Of a DNA stretch of 64,000 bases, positions 13,498-26,114 are shown one piece after another. The position numbers and the translations under genes were made by a program. The notes below the pieces were generated by a model, which saw nothing but the letters and a program-made list of their open reading frames with translations, had not been told where the DNA came from and searched no databases. The first letter of the stretch is position 1, and every line of letters starts with the position of its first letter. The DNA is from Mobula birostris (taxonomy: Eukaryota), in the NCBI RefSeq assembly GCF_030028105.1, contig NC_092370.1:198320005-198384004 (forward strand), in the 5' to 3' direction.

Positions 13498-13621
13498 CAA
13501 TGCATTTTCTTCTATACTTGGAATCCACTGCTAACATAGCTATGTATCCTCTCCTGAACATCTTCTTGTGCATGTCCAACTTGCAGACAATGGCACCCAC
13601 ACACTCATTTCCAACCATAGC
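13498..13621 (-). CDS. NAA30: NAA30 coding exon 2 (124 nt)
   Basis: TTTTTTACAG| [41 protein letters not shown](G) |GTGAG. Phase 0 to phase 1, in frame with neighbouring exons. Confidence 0.97.
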
Positions 13622-13756
13622 CTGTAAAAAACAAAACCAAAATCATTCCTTAAATGCACAATATGTAAACAAATACACACCAAGTGACCAAATTATTCTT
13701 TATCAATTTAGGTACAATATAATTAAAATTAATTGAAGCTTCAACAATTCTATGAT

Positions 13757-14047
13757 GGTTGCATAGCAGTTAGCATGACACTATCGCAACTTTCTGGAGT
13801 TTGAAGTACAATTTTGGCACGGCTCTGTAAGGAGTTTCTCCACGTCCTGGTGAAATGCGTGGGGTTTTCTCCAGGTCCTCCAGTTAATTTCCCCACAGTT
13901 CCAAGACGTACCGTGTAGGTTAATTGGTCATTGTGAATTCCCCTGTGATTAGGCTTGGGCAAATCAAGTTTGTCAGGGGTCGCTGGGATGGCATGGCTTG
14001 AAGGTCCGGAAAAGCTGATTCCGAGTTATATTGCTAAATAAATAAAT
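13757..14047 (+). mobile_element. tRNA-derived SINE (V-SINE-like)
   Basis: A-box-like head, V-like core GCGTGGGGTTTTCTCCAGG...CCCACAGTTCCAAGAC, (TAAA)n tail. Confidence 0.65.
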
Positions 14048-14379
14048 TCAGTAAGATTGAAATTTTTATCATTTAATTTTTAGTAAATGATGTTAACTCC
14101 TCCTGATTAGGCCAACCGTTTTCTAGTCTCACAGATTTCAGACATAAAGGTAATCTCTTCACAATGATGATCAACTTTAATAAATAATACACACAAAATA
14201 ATCAATAGGAAAAAATAAAATTTGCTCAGCTTGAAGACAATTGCAATATACCAGAATAAAGTCCCACTTCTTTTTTAAATCCCAGATAGTTTCTCCATAA
14301 TGTTTGATTAATCTATATTGCCACTTCCGTTCTTTCTGGTGCTCTTCAAAAATCAACAGTGGATTTTATACAAAAGGCT

Positions 14380-15620
14380 AAGGATAATGTTTTAGAATAG
14401 ATAGGGTGTGGCACTGATTCCTACAATATGAAGAGAGCTTGATGATGTTCCAAGTAGTATGTGAAGAAAGTAGGTAGATAGTCAATTGAAAAATAATCAA
14501 GATGGGAAACTAAGATTGAACTCAACTAACTGTTGCGAGGGCCTCATGGACTAGCCACAAGAAGCAATTCTGAGACAAGACTGCTCCTGGATAGCATGTA
14601 GACTAGCCTATGAATAAAATACAATTGGAGGAATCAGTCAACATGCAAGATAGTTGCTGGTAAAGGGAATTGATTTGGCAGATGGAGAAAATGTGCCAGA
14701 GAATAAATTTGTGCATCATTTAAGACAGTGGAGCAGTCTATTTTCAAAAAGGGGAGGACTGAAGATTTTTGAATGAGTGAGGTTGGAAGACAGAAGTACT
14801 AATTCATGTAGATGCTAATACATTTGCAGAACTGAGGGACGGCTATTTCATAAGGAAAAAGCCTAGAAGAAATCTCAAAATAAAACTAAGCCTTAAGCAT
14901 TCTTAAGATCTTTACGATGCCTTTAACGATAGGTAAAGGTCAGTCTACTAGGTGTATGCTTAGAATACTGATCAAGACAGGCAAGTTTCAAGACTCTGAA
15001 ATGACAACAGTATGTGAGAAACAGACACCAAACTGAAGAAGTGGCATCAAGAATAAAAATACAAACTTAGGAACACAACTGGATGGACAGAAATGTTTTA
15101 ACAGATATGGGAATAATATGAAGAGTATAAAACTTGAAAAAGGAGGTTCACATTGAAATTAATCCAAAATAGAAGTTATTGATTAACTAGTATACAGATG
15201 CTCATACAACACATCAATTAATAAGCTTAATAATTAGCTAGAAAACTATTTTAATAGCAAATAAGGTAATGGACATACAGTATTTAAACAAGTCAATGAA
15301 AGACATTCTACTGATGGATAGAACTTTTAAGGCAAGATGAAGAGCTTCGAAGTAAACACTGGATGGAATTAATAGTAAATGCTCAAAGGCAATCATACAG
15401 ATTGCAGCCTAAAGATAATTGATAGCTGTAGGAAATGATTGAAAATGTGGACAGAGAACAAGGAATATACAGAAGTCCATTGGATGACAACAGACCATGT
15501 TCAAAAGATACTGCATGCTGGTTACTCAGATGACACTAAAACATCCTGAAGGAGCAAATGGATGAAGCTTGTATTTTAATTACATTCAGGAGGGGGAGCA
15601 ATGCAGCATTATGAAAGGAA
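14380..15620 (+). mobile_element. Very decayed LINE remnant (CR1-like)
   Basis: Purine-rich block with only patchy resemblance to CR1 ORF2. Confidence 0.3.
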
Positions 15621-16174
15621 AACTGTCTAAAAAAAAAACAATATTTCTCTGAAATAACCAATCTTCTCATTAAAAGTATTGATAGTCACTTCTGCAACAA
15701 GTTATTCAATCAGAATACAACCTTAAAAAAAGACAAATTGTATTACTTCATGGAAAAATCAAAATCAAAATGAGAACTGAGTGTGTAACAGATGAAGTGC
15801 TCCTTCCTCTAATGCAATATATATGTTTCCACTAACTGAAGAACGAGTCAAGGGTACTCTATCAACCTAAAGAATCTCTACTTCTTCAGAAGAGTGAAGT
15901 AATTATCTTAAATCCTATTTTGAAGTCAATTAATTAAATAAATCTGAAACAAAATGCTACTATTAGTAGCCATTCATAACTACTGAAAATAAAACTATTC
16001 TGCTTCGTTAATATCCTTTAGGGGAAAAAAATCTCATCACTGTGTGATCCAATTTTATATGTGATTCTACACTCACAGTAACATGGTCAATTTCAACTGC
16101 CCTCTGCCTCCGAGGTTGTGTCACAAGCCACATAATATTATCAAACTCGACTAGCCAAACAAGAATACAACTAA

Positions 16175-16262
16175 CACACATAAAAATTGCTGGTGAACGC
16201 AGCAGGCCAGGCACCATCTATAGGAAGAGGTACAGTAAATGTTTCGGGTCAAGACCCTTCGA
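16175..16262 (-). mobile_element. Penelope-like terminal fragment with truncated hammerhead core
   Basis: Same family as 32822-33097. Minus strand reads GAAGGGTCTTGACCCGAAAC...GATGGTGCCTGGCCTGCTG. Confidence 0.75.
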
Positions 16263-16704
16263 TCACTCGGCATCAAACTTTGCACTTTCTATAAGTCATA
16301 TTAGACCTACATCGTCTTCATTATGAATACCCGGAGACATCAAAAAGTTGAGAATGCTAATCTAGATTGCTATCGTACATATATTAGAAATTAAAATCTG
16401 GTAATTTACCTTCCTTCCAAATCAAAGAACTTACAGTATAAATTGGAAAAGGCACACGAGACACTTCAGTCTAAACTGTCAATTTTCAAAATATTCATTT
16501 AGTCTAATTTTTATTGTTCAAATCATGCCAAATATACATCCTTTTGGATGCTAATAACTGCTAATAAAAATTTGATTAGTTTTACTACCTACCAAAAATT
16601 AGTGTTAACACTTCCTGATTCACCCAACTTGTTTTCTGGTCCTATTAATAAAGGTAATCAATCCCTTCACAAAGATAAGCATTCTGTAGCAAAGATCATC
16701 ATGG

Positions 16705-17300
16705 CTTATTCAATGAGATTTACAGGAAGATGTTGTTTCAGCTTGGCATTGCTGCCTGTCACACCTCCAACGTGCCCTTAGGTCAGCTGCAGGGTCATCA
16801 TCAGCCGTGGACCACCGCTCATTGATGCTTCACTCCCTTAACCCTGGTACATCTCCTGGTGGAGGAGCATTAGTCAGTCCCCCTATTTCTGTCCTTTCTT
16901 CTCAGCCACAGCTAAAAGCTGCCCTTTTCTGCCTGTTGAGCCAACTCTCTGGTGGCCCTCCTGAACCTTGCTCCAGTCACTGCCATATCACAGAGTAACG
17001 CTGTCAATGCCCCAGCTCCTACCTCCACAGGATAGATGATGGCCCTCCAGCCAGTTTCCTTACACTCGGCTGCCGGGTCTGAGTACTTCAGGCTCTTCCA
17101 CTCATAGGCAAGCCTCCACTCCTCCTTCCCGTGGGATGGTTACCTCAATGAGAAGATTGTCTTGGCGGCTGTGGACCACAGTACTCTGTCTGGGCAGAGA
17201 GATGTGGTGGTGACTTCCGCTGGGAACTGTAGCTGTCTGCTGAGAGCTGCCCTCGTGCTCCACTCTTCGCTGAAGGAGCTCTTGGGCAGGTGCATTCAGC
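16705..17300 (-). mobile_element. HERO-like (R2-group) non-LTR retrotransposon 3' end with restriction-like endonuclease
   Basis: Translation across two frameshifts gives QLQFPAEVTTTSLCPDRVLWST../LIEVTIP../AYEWKSLKYSD..GWRAIIYPVEVG..AEKGSF*LWLRRKD. Confidence 0.8.
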
Positions 17301-18734
17301 ACTGTTACCAGCCTTAACACATGGGATGAGTTGTCATCCCACTGGGGAAAGGCTGCTTCTCGCATCCCACCTGCAGATCTCACATTTTTATGAGTAATTA
17401 AAACTGTCTTTCACATCTCTTTGCTTTTGACTGTATTGCACATTTTTTTTTTTGCAATTCTTTACACAATAACATTATGTTCCTTCAGGGATTTTTTGTT
17501 TCTCAAATATTCATATTATTTCTAACAAGATAAAAACACACAACTTTTAGAATGCCCAAACAGCACTTTGAATTTCAAGCAATTTTTATTTCGTTTCAGC
17601 GACCTGGGTTCCAATGCAAGCCTGATTAATGGGATCAAAGTTTCCTCTGAACCAGCAATAAGGAACTTGGTATAAAACTCTGCTCTTACTCTCCTTAATT
17701 CCACAAATTAGCAAGTTTACTCAGAGGTTGGGTGCATTTAAGCCAGTTTGTTCATTTTACTAATCTGGATACAAAGCACATGAGGACTGAATAGTCAACA
17801 TATCATCTTAAAAGCAAATAACTGAAACATTCACTTTCTACCCATATAGATTAAAATGTTGAAGCTATGAAGTCATGCCTCAAGTTAATGATAACTTTCC
17901 ATGGGAACTTTGTGTCCAAGCAACAGATGGTACATGCTTGCAACTTACAAGATACTTTACCAAACTTAAGAACACTTTAACAGACATCAAATAAATCTTT
18001 AATTAAACTACAGCACTGAACGTCGCTAAAAATTACTCACTAGAAAGTCTGAAAATTTATATTCAACAGTCTAAGTGGGTAAAGCATTTTTGGACCACGG
18101 CAGGAGGATTCGAGAGAAGTAAAATGTTACAGTTAGTGAAAAAGGGCTGTGGCATTTGAGGGTGGGGAAGTGTTTCTACTCTTGGCTATCAACTGGTTTG
18201 GTCAATGCAATCCCCAATGAGGTATTTAAATAAGATGATGCCTTCTCCTATGGCATTACTCACAGGGAATTCTGAACTATCAAATTCCTTTTCTTGACAT
18301 GGATCCCTCCAATATTTGGAAGTGAGATTTTAGTTATTTTTCAGATGCGTTTCTCTCATTTCCTATACTGTCCCTGCAGTGTTTTATACCCACTCAAGAA
18401 CAAACTGCACATAATATTGAAGGACTGATCAGAGCAGAGAATTTGATGCAGGTTATTTTAAGAATCACAGTTATGAGTCATATGTGGCATCGCTCTGCAA
18501 ATTGATACAGATACACTGAGTGGTTCTGCTGGATCTCCTTTTCCTCCTTCAACTGAAAATGAAATGAGTACAAAAATTTGCAAGTCACATTGCAGCTGTA
18601 TAAGGCTTTGATTTGGTTGCATTTGGAATATACTGTGCAGTTCTTGTGCTGTAATGCTTTATGAAAACATGTTGCATCATTCATGGTATGGATGAAAAAC
18701 ATCTGGAAGATGTTACCTTATGTTACCATGGTAT

Positions 18735-19053
18735 CAGAGTCACCCAGCATGGAAACAGACCCTTTCATCCACTTACTCTATGCAGACCATTTACATACAC
18801 TCTAACCGCATTTTATTCTTCACACCTTCCCAACAACGCTTTCCAGATTCTGTTTACATGAGGGACAATTTGCAGTGGCCAGGTAACCTACAGATTCACG
18901 TATTTGGGATGTTAGTGGAGACTGGAACACCTACAGCAAAACCCACACAGGCACCGCAAGGACATGCAAACTCCACACACAACACGCAGATCACAACTGA
19001 ATCCAGGTTGTTGAAGCTGCAAGACAGCAGTTCTAATAGCGGCACCACCTGCC
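18735..19053 (-). mobile_element. tRNA-derived SINE (V-SINE/HE1-like)
   Basis: Minus strand GTGTGGAGTTTGCATGTCC...GTGGGTTT core and a CR1-like tail. Confidence 0.7.
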
Positions 19054-19399
19054 ATAAATTTTGAGTCACAAACATAATACATACGTTGTTCAAAACAGAT
19101 ATTCAACTGTCACTATTAACAATATTTGTCTCCACAGGAAATAATTCCACATCAAGTTAATGAATTGTTGTGGTCACTTCTGACATGTCAAAAGCAACAC
19201 ATCAAAATGTCTATTGTTCCTGAAAATTAAAAAAGCATCCCTAAATTTGTGACAATGTTAAATATCCGATAAAATACAAAAAGAAAATGTTACCTTTCTT
19301 AAGTGCATTCACAAAAGATTTTGAAATTCACTGAGTGTTCTGACCAGCTGCATCACCATCTAATATGGAAATTGCAAGGCATCTGACTGCAAGTCCCTA

Positions 19400-19830
19400 C
19401 AAAGGATTGTGAGATCGAGGTCCCTCTTCCACCCATGAGAGATATTTGTCAGAGGCACCCCATACATTAGGCCTTTAGTATTGCCAATGATCCTTCCCAC
19501 CTGTCCAATCTCTTTGATCTCCATCAGGCAGGATAGCATTAGGGTAAGAAGTGTTAGAATGGGAAACAGCTTCTTCCCCAGACTATAAGATTATTGAACT
19601 CCTTGCTTCCAGCCAGGTCTCCTCACATATAAAGCACCAGCAGTGTTATACTGCTAACTTTTTAAACTTGTATTCTACATGCACTTTATTTGTTAATTTA
19701 CTTGTGGTAATATTATTTTATGTGTTGTGTGTGAGTTATAGGTATTGTGTTGTGCACTTTGGTCTGGAGGAACATCGTCTCATTTGACATTTGACAGTAT
19801 GGTTGAAAGGCAATAACTTGGAACTTGAAT
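19400..19830 (+). mobile_element. Rex1/Babar-type LINE 3' fragment
   Basis: Decayed DPSH..PSGR..NSFFP.T.RL motifs, then a CTTGAA-type tail. Confidence 0.6.
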
Positions 19831-21845
19831 TATTAGTACTGCCACATACAAATTCCAATTTCATAACAATTATAACTTTTCAAGACAAGAAGAATTAGAA
19901 GTTTATATTTATCCAAATATCATGTCTGTATGCATCAGGAATCTTCCAAAGTTTTCATTTAATTTAGTTTCAAACAAAACTGAATTGAGTTGATTATATA
20001 GCAGTAAATTTCTGTATACAGGGTCAGAATCTAGGATCTACCTGCTATGTAACACAGTTATGGAATTACCAGGCTACAGTGAATAATAAATTAGAAATAA
20101 CTTCTAGGATTGAGCAATATTAACAAATTAACTACAGTTAAGATCGGTGTTTCATGGAAGCTGTGGCTATGCCATGAGCAACATAGTGCACAAGAAAAAC
20201 TCAGTTTCCATTAGTTCCCCTCCCAACTGTTTTTTTTATTAAAACAATTGTACCAAATTTATGCTGCTTCTGCAAAATATCCTTCAGAAGTGCTGCAGTT
20301 TAAGGACCTCATGAAAGGCCTGTCGAGACTACCCTGTTGGGTCAAAATCCAATTCCATTCGAAAGTAATATGAAAACTGGAACAGCTCCAAAGCTACCTG
20401 CTTCATCAGTGGAGGTGCCATGTTTTTAAACTAGGACATATTACTCAATGTGTAATGTATGCTCCCTAAACAATGGTGTCTTCTTTAAAAATGCTTTCAA
20501 TTCATTCACAGGAAGTGAATGAATTATTAAAGGAATTGAGTAACAGGACAGTGGCAGTTCAAACAGAACAAAAGAAAAATTACACTTAGGAACGATTACC
20601 AAAACACATGAGAAATAAAAACTAATTTAAATAAACTTAGTCTGAATGAACAGCAAGCAGCAGAATTATTAAAGTGCACAAGCTCAACTCTGGATAAATT
20701 TTTGAATGTGACATTTGTTTTATGCATTTTGTTATTTATCATACAATAACAGATTTTTCATCTGCAATTAATGTATTAACGATTTTCTCAATCATATGAA
20801 CAATCTCTGTGGCTATATTTGGATAATACAGTAGCTATGTTTTGTAACTATAGTACTTGCACTTCATACTACGTTAGACAACTGAAAAAAATCTTGGTCA
20901 CTTGCAGTAGGAAATAAATGTGAGCTTGCAAATTTGAATCAAAAACATTGTTTCAGGGAAAACTAAAAATTCTGCTTAAAATGACTTTTCACATCAGTTA
21001 TATCAACTACCAAAATACAAGGTACTTAAAACTGTAACATTACAAACATGCTAAAATTAGCATCCTCAAATAAAATTTAACAATGTATTAAATGCCAGTA
21101 TACTTTATTCATTCCGAACACTACTGCAATGGCCTTCAACTTTTAATTTGGTCTTCGTATGAAATGGAACTAGGAAGTTAAAGACCAGACACATTGAAAA
21201 CTGTCTTCTATGATTGAAGTTCAAAGCCTAGGTAGATGTAAAACTGGACGCATTGACATCAAAATTCCCAGCTACTGAGGGTGCCTTTCATAATGAAGTC
21301 ACAGAATAGTAACAACTTTGCAGTTAATATTCAGCTCTTATGAAAAGGTACTCCATTCGAGGCATTATATAATTTGTCCATAAAAGCATTAAATCTATAA
21401 ATGTCTAAAGTTTATACAGTTAATGAAACAATCTCGGAATATCCTATAGATTAAATGCGAGCTTGCGAAGGACCGCTTCTCAGTTTTCAGTTGCACTTCT
21501 CTCCCTATTTTGTACATACGGGGACTATCTAGCCTTCTTGGCCTAAGCAAGGCCTCTCTACCGGCATCAGGCTGAGGAGGTAGCTCAATTGCCTGCCTCT
21601 CCCCCCCCGGGTGTCCTTGCAGAGGGAATTGTATGGCGTTCACCGGCACGCCACGGCAGTCCAGAGGGACCAAAGTACTTTATCAACAGTCCGATTGAGA
21701 TTTCGATTTAATTTGTTAAAAAAAGGATTAGGATATAACGATAGAATGACGATTTAAATTGGTTCTTGATGGAAAGTAGTTCACTTGACTAACATTTTAA
21801 CATATATCCCACAACGACCTTCCCTTCCCCAACTACCACACTTAC

Positions 21846-22592
21846 CAGAAAACAAAGCTGTGGCCAGTTGTGAATAAAATATCTATAGGTATAAATGGAA
21901 TAGGGTTCAGACAAATCCTTCGTGATCAACCTCATTATATCCGGCATTTGCAACTCTGACTCATAGCCAACGTAACGTATCCTTTCGTTTGTGTCGGGCT
22001 CCTGCTGGGCATGCAAACTCCAAGCGGCTACCGAGGCGATCAGGCACGACTGATCCCCGTCATCCGGCCTGACACCAATCCGATCAAGTCCATCCCTGGG
22101 CATTTGAGAGTCGGCCTCAGCCGCCTCGGCAGTCCTCTGATTCGCATGGTTCACTTCGGGATTCCCACAATTGCTGGCGTCAGGTTTCCTTCTGCCACTT
22201 TGGGACAGTGACAGTCCCGCGTTAAACTCGGCGCCGGCCTCTGCACTGGAGACCCGGGCTGTGCGATCCGCTTTGTACTGGAGCTCCGGGTTGAGAATAA
22301 CGCAGCCGTTCAGTACTCGCTGTTGCTGATGATGATGAAGGTGCAGAACACCCTTCTTCGCTCGGGTAGTCTCCGAAAAGGCTAGAACACTATTTGCCGG
22401 TTTCGGCCCAACTTCGTCGACACATTCCTGCCCCGAACCGTGCAAGGTGGCCTCTTGCTTCTCGCTGTTCTCTCTCTGCTGTGGCTCGGACAGCTGGCCG
22501 TAGCCTGCGGAGTGATTGAGAGCAGCGGGAAAGGCCGAAATTTCAGCGAGGGGTGGGGAAAGCACGCTGGGCCCAGCTGGCAGGTCCGACAT
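21846..22592 (-). CDS. NAA30: N-alpha-acetyltransferase 30, first coding exon (aa 1-249)
   Basis: Encodes [45 protein letters not shown], diagnostic of NAA30/Mak3. Acceptor TTTAG|G lies 1 nt before the ATG at 22592. Donor CTG|GTAAG at 21845. Confidence 0.97.
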
Positions 22593-23080
22593 CCTAAAGA
22601 GTGAAGAAATGCCGCGACAGCATGTGGGCGAATCAGCCAGAAGGGGGGAAACGCGGATGCAACCGCGGGTGAGGGGTTGGTGGGGCGGGGAGGATGGGGG
22701 GCTGGGGGAAGAAACTTGCTACTTGTTGTACTCGAACATCCCGAGGTGGTGGACCGGAGCAGGCCAAGCCGGGTTTGTCAGGTGAAGCCCAACACCGGCA
22801 CTATTACAGGAAATAAAGAAGAAATAAGGGTCGGGGAGGTGAGAAAGAAACTGAAAACCGAGAGAAACTCCCGGCACAAGCAGCACCAACCCGCAGCCCG
22901 TCACTCGAGGCCGTATCCACTCTCGACCCAGGCACTGCCGTAAAGGAAATGTACCGCGCGACCTCACTGCCCCCGGTAACGTCAACCGCTGTCGTAAATA
23001 CGGCACGCTCTCCGCCTTTATTAACTTTTTACGACGTTGACCTTTGACTGACTGAGGGCTGCTAGCTGCGGAGGTGTAAA
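21950..23080 (-). promoter_or_regulatory. CpG island / NAA30 promoter and probable non-coding exon 1
   Basis: The main non-repeat GC- and CpG-rich block of the window. The acceptor before the ATG implies an upstream non-coding exon. Candidate donor GCA|GTGAGG at 22967 (uncertain). TGACGT half-CRE near 22980. Confidence 0.75.
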
Positions 23081-24064
23081 ACTCTTCATGTTTTCCTGGT
23101 GGGATAAATGCAGGCGTCTGTATGCTTTGTTTAAAAATAATCTGAAACTTTCTTATCTACTATTTCGCAGCTGTAGTTACTCTATATTGCTTTTAACACT
23201 GAATCTTCCTCATCTGTCGGGTGTTTCTATCATTGCAATGTCGCTTATGTGAGTTTGGCTCTGCTGATGGTGAAATACTTAAACGTATTATAAGCATTCC
23301 CGTCCGCTGAGTTATTTTTCTATTTTTGATCATATGTTGTGCCTGATTATGACAAATTATGTAAAACATTCTAAAGTGAGGCGCTCGTTGAATGTTTCTT
23401 TAATTTAAAGTAGGAAATAACTGATACTGCAATTATTAATTATCATCTTCCTTGTCAGGATAATGGTCAATTCAAAAAATTCTAAAGGGTAAAGACAAAA
23501 ATGATGGAAGCACTCAGATCGGGCATCAGAGGTTAACATTTCAAGTCTTTGAGTGACCCAATGAAAATTTCCTTTTTAAATTTTTTAAAATTTCAGATTC
23601 AGTGCTTCTATAGGGAAGTTTTACCTTGAGATCAAAAAGTTCACTTTAGGCATGTGTGATGTATCACCATTATACTATTTACAAACCATAGGAATAGCTT
23701 TTAGTTGAATCTGGATACAAAACAAGGTTGAGAGAAATGCAACCCCAGTTTTCTGGTAATGTTGCCCACGCCAGAGAAATGATGAAATTGTAAAGGTAAA
23801 CAGTATAAGACCTAAAATCTTCTTTGCACATTTACTTTTATTTGACAAGTATTTTTCATTCCTACATTGGGAACATTTCGTTCATACATTCTTATTCAAT
23901 ACATTATGTAGTGTTCTATTACATTTCTTAGAACCAACAGGACTGTTGCCACTAATGTGACTCCCTCAGGTGGTGCACCACCACAATAATTGAGGCGTTT
24001 CCTCACCCAACCCAGCCTCTCCAAGTTACTTATTACAATACGAAATGGAACCAGTTAACCCATT

Positions 24065-24828
24065 CTTCTTCTTCAGTTACCCATCGAAATCCGATCACGA
24101 CGTCCACTCCTTTAATGGTGAGATCTCTGATGACCAGACAACCCTGGACCCACAAGCTCTATTACAGGTGGGAATGTATATGTAGTAGTGGTGGCAACCA
24201 TGGCTGCATTTCTCCTGACTCTCTTCTGCTGTCTTCTGGTTGTTCTTTCCATGTCCAGAATACAAACCCCGTCCCTACACAGCTGTCGCCAAGTGGTACG
24301 GTCAGCAGCAACCTCCTCCAGGTCCTCGAGTCTGATCTTGCACTTCCTTAAAGCATTCTTCATCTGATCCTTATAGCGCCTCTACGGCCCTCCAGCTGAG
24401 CGTTGACCATGATGTAGCTGGCCTCTATGGGGTAGCTGACATGGGGGCATCTTTATCATGTGCTCCAGCCACTGCAGCTGACGCTGGGTGATCATGGCCT
24501 CAATACCCCTGCAGTTGGTCTTTACAAGTATTTCAGTGTGAGGCACCCGCTCACGCCAGGTAATTCCCAGGATGCGCTGGAGGCAGCTTATGTGGAAGTA
24601 CTCCAAGGACTTGATGTGATGGCTGCAGGTTACCCAAGCTTCACAGCTATAAAGGACGGTGGTGACACAGACCGCTTGGTATACGGCAACCTTTGTGGAG
24701 GGACGAAGGCTCCTGTTCTGAAAGACTCTGTGCCGAAGTCTCCTAAAGGCAGCTGATGCCTGTTTAATGCGGCTCTGGATGTTGTTGTCAATGCCGCCAT
24801 CCTCAGAGAGAATGCTCCTCAGGTATCC
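24065..24828 (-). mobile_element. 5'-truncated RTE LINE
   Basis: CLQRILGITWRERVPHTEIL..QLQWLEH..GQRSAGG..AADRTTWR, (GAA)n tail, 8-bp TSD AACCCATT (24057-24064 and 24829-24836). Confidence 0.9.
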
Positions 24829-24850
24829 AACCCATTAAGTACACATTGGC

Positions 24851-24981
24851 AAACAAGAGAAAATCTGCAGATGCTGGAAATCCAAGCAATGCAAACTGCT
24901 GGAGCAACTCAGCAGGCCAGGCAGCATCTATAGGAAAGAGTACTGTCGATGTTTCGAACCAAGACCCTTCAGCAGGGACAC
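24851..24981 (-). mobile_element. Short Penelope-like insertion with hammerhead core
   Basis: 10-bp TSD ACACATTGGC (24841-24850 and 24982-24991). Minus strand CTGCTGA-AGGGTCTTGGTTC-GAAAC-ATC. Confidence 0.8.
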
Positions 24982-26114
24982 ACACATTGGCTCCCATCAT
25001 TGCCATTCCATCAGTGTTATCTCCCCAGGAGGGATTAGTCTAGGTGGGCAATGAACATAATGTCTTACCAAGAAAAAGCAGGTGCCATTGTCTCTTCTGA
25101 CCAACCCCTCACAGTGATCCAGCGGTAGCTGGTCTGTATTACTGAGCATGTCACAGAGAAGCTTGCAGTACTTCTGCCAGCAGATGGTAAACTCAATGCT
25201 GACATGAATTGGTGCACCTGATATGTAGGAGTGGCAGCATATCCTGGAAGTTAATAGAAGATTGGGGAAGCGAAGTATGTTACTTGGCCACAGTTAGATT
25301 CCAGGGTAAGAGGGATAGTGTGATTTTCAACAGCTAGTTCAGCGTGGAGCCCTGTGTGTACTGTCATGCAGTTAATGGTAATGAAATGAAACTTTTCCAT
25401 GACTCAAGGGCATACAAATAATGTTTTAATATCAGCACGTCACTGGCCACTCTTTGGTGATTTTTTAAATAAGCTCCTCTTATAAACTGTTGAAGAATAA
25501 TTAGAGCTGAAAGAAATTTTCAGTTATGCAGTAGTGAAGATACCAATACAAACTATTCAAGAAACAGCTGAATGCCTAAGGGAAGGTGAGTCAAGGATGG
25601 CTGGATAAATTAAAATGTTATGATCCTTTAAACCACAATAAAACAATCAAAAGATCAGATTATTCAAGATTGATTTTGTTTGCTTCCTTCATATAATGAA
25701 GATAAAGGAAATTGGTTTGAAAGATCCATACTAATGATTTTCAGACTTTTATATAACTCTTCCTTTGGCACATGAATTGGTACAATGCGATTTGCTATCC
25801 AACTATTAATAGGTTTTTATTTCTAATCATTTAGTGAAGGACTGTTACCCAAATCATCATTGTTTATAACAAAAAAAAAACAAAATGCATTTCATTCTGT
25901 TAGGCCTCACCCATCAATGAACTCCTCTCTGGTACATGTACATCCCTTCAAAATCCATCAAACCCACTTTGAAAATCATGTGGCAGTTAATCTGTTTGGA
26001 CTTTGATTGCAATAGTTGCAGCCCAAGGTTTCTTCTTAATTTTCCTTGTGCCTCCAGTTTGAAAACATTGATACATAAGGATTAGGGACACTTACGTTAC
26101 TATAATTTTTTAAA

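Noticed and set aside
16790-16860. Hammerhead in the HERO-like 3' UTR (CTGATGA present)
   Set aside because: No intact GAAA or helix III arrangement could be built.
21789-21845. C-terminal 18 aa of the 267-aa ORF
   Set aside because: Read-through past the GTAAG donor; homology continues in the exon at 13621.
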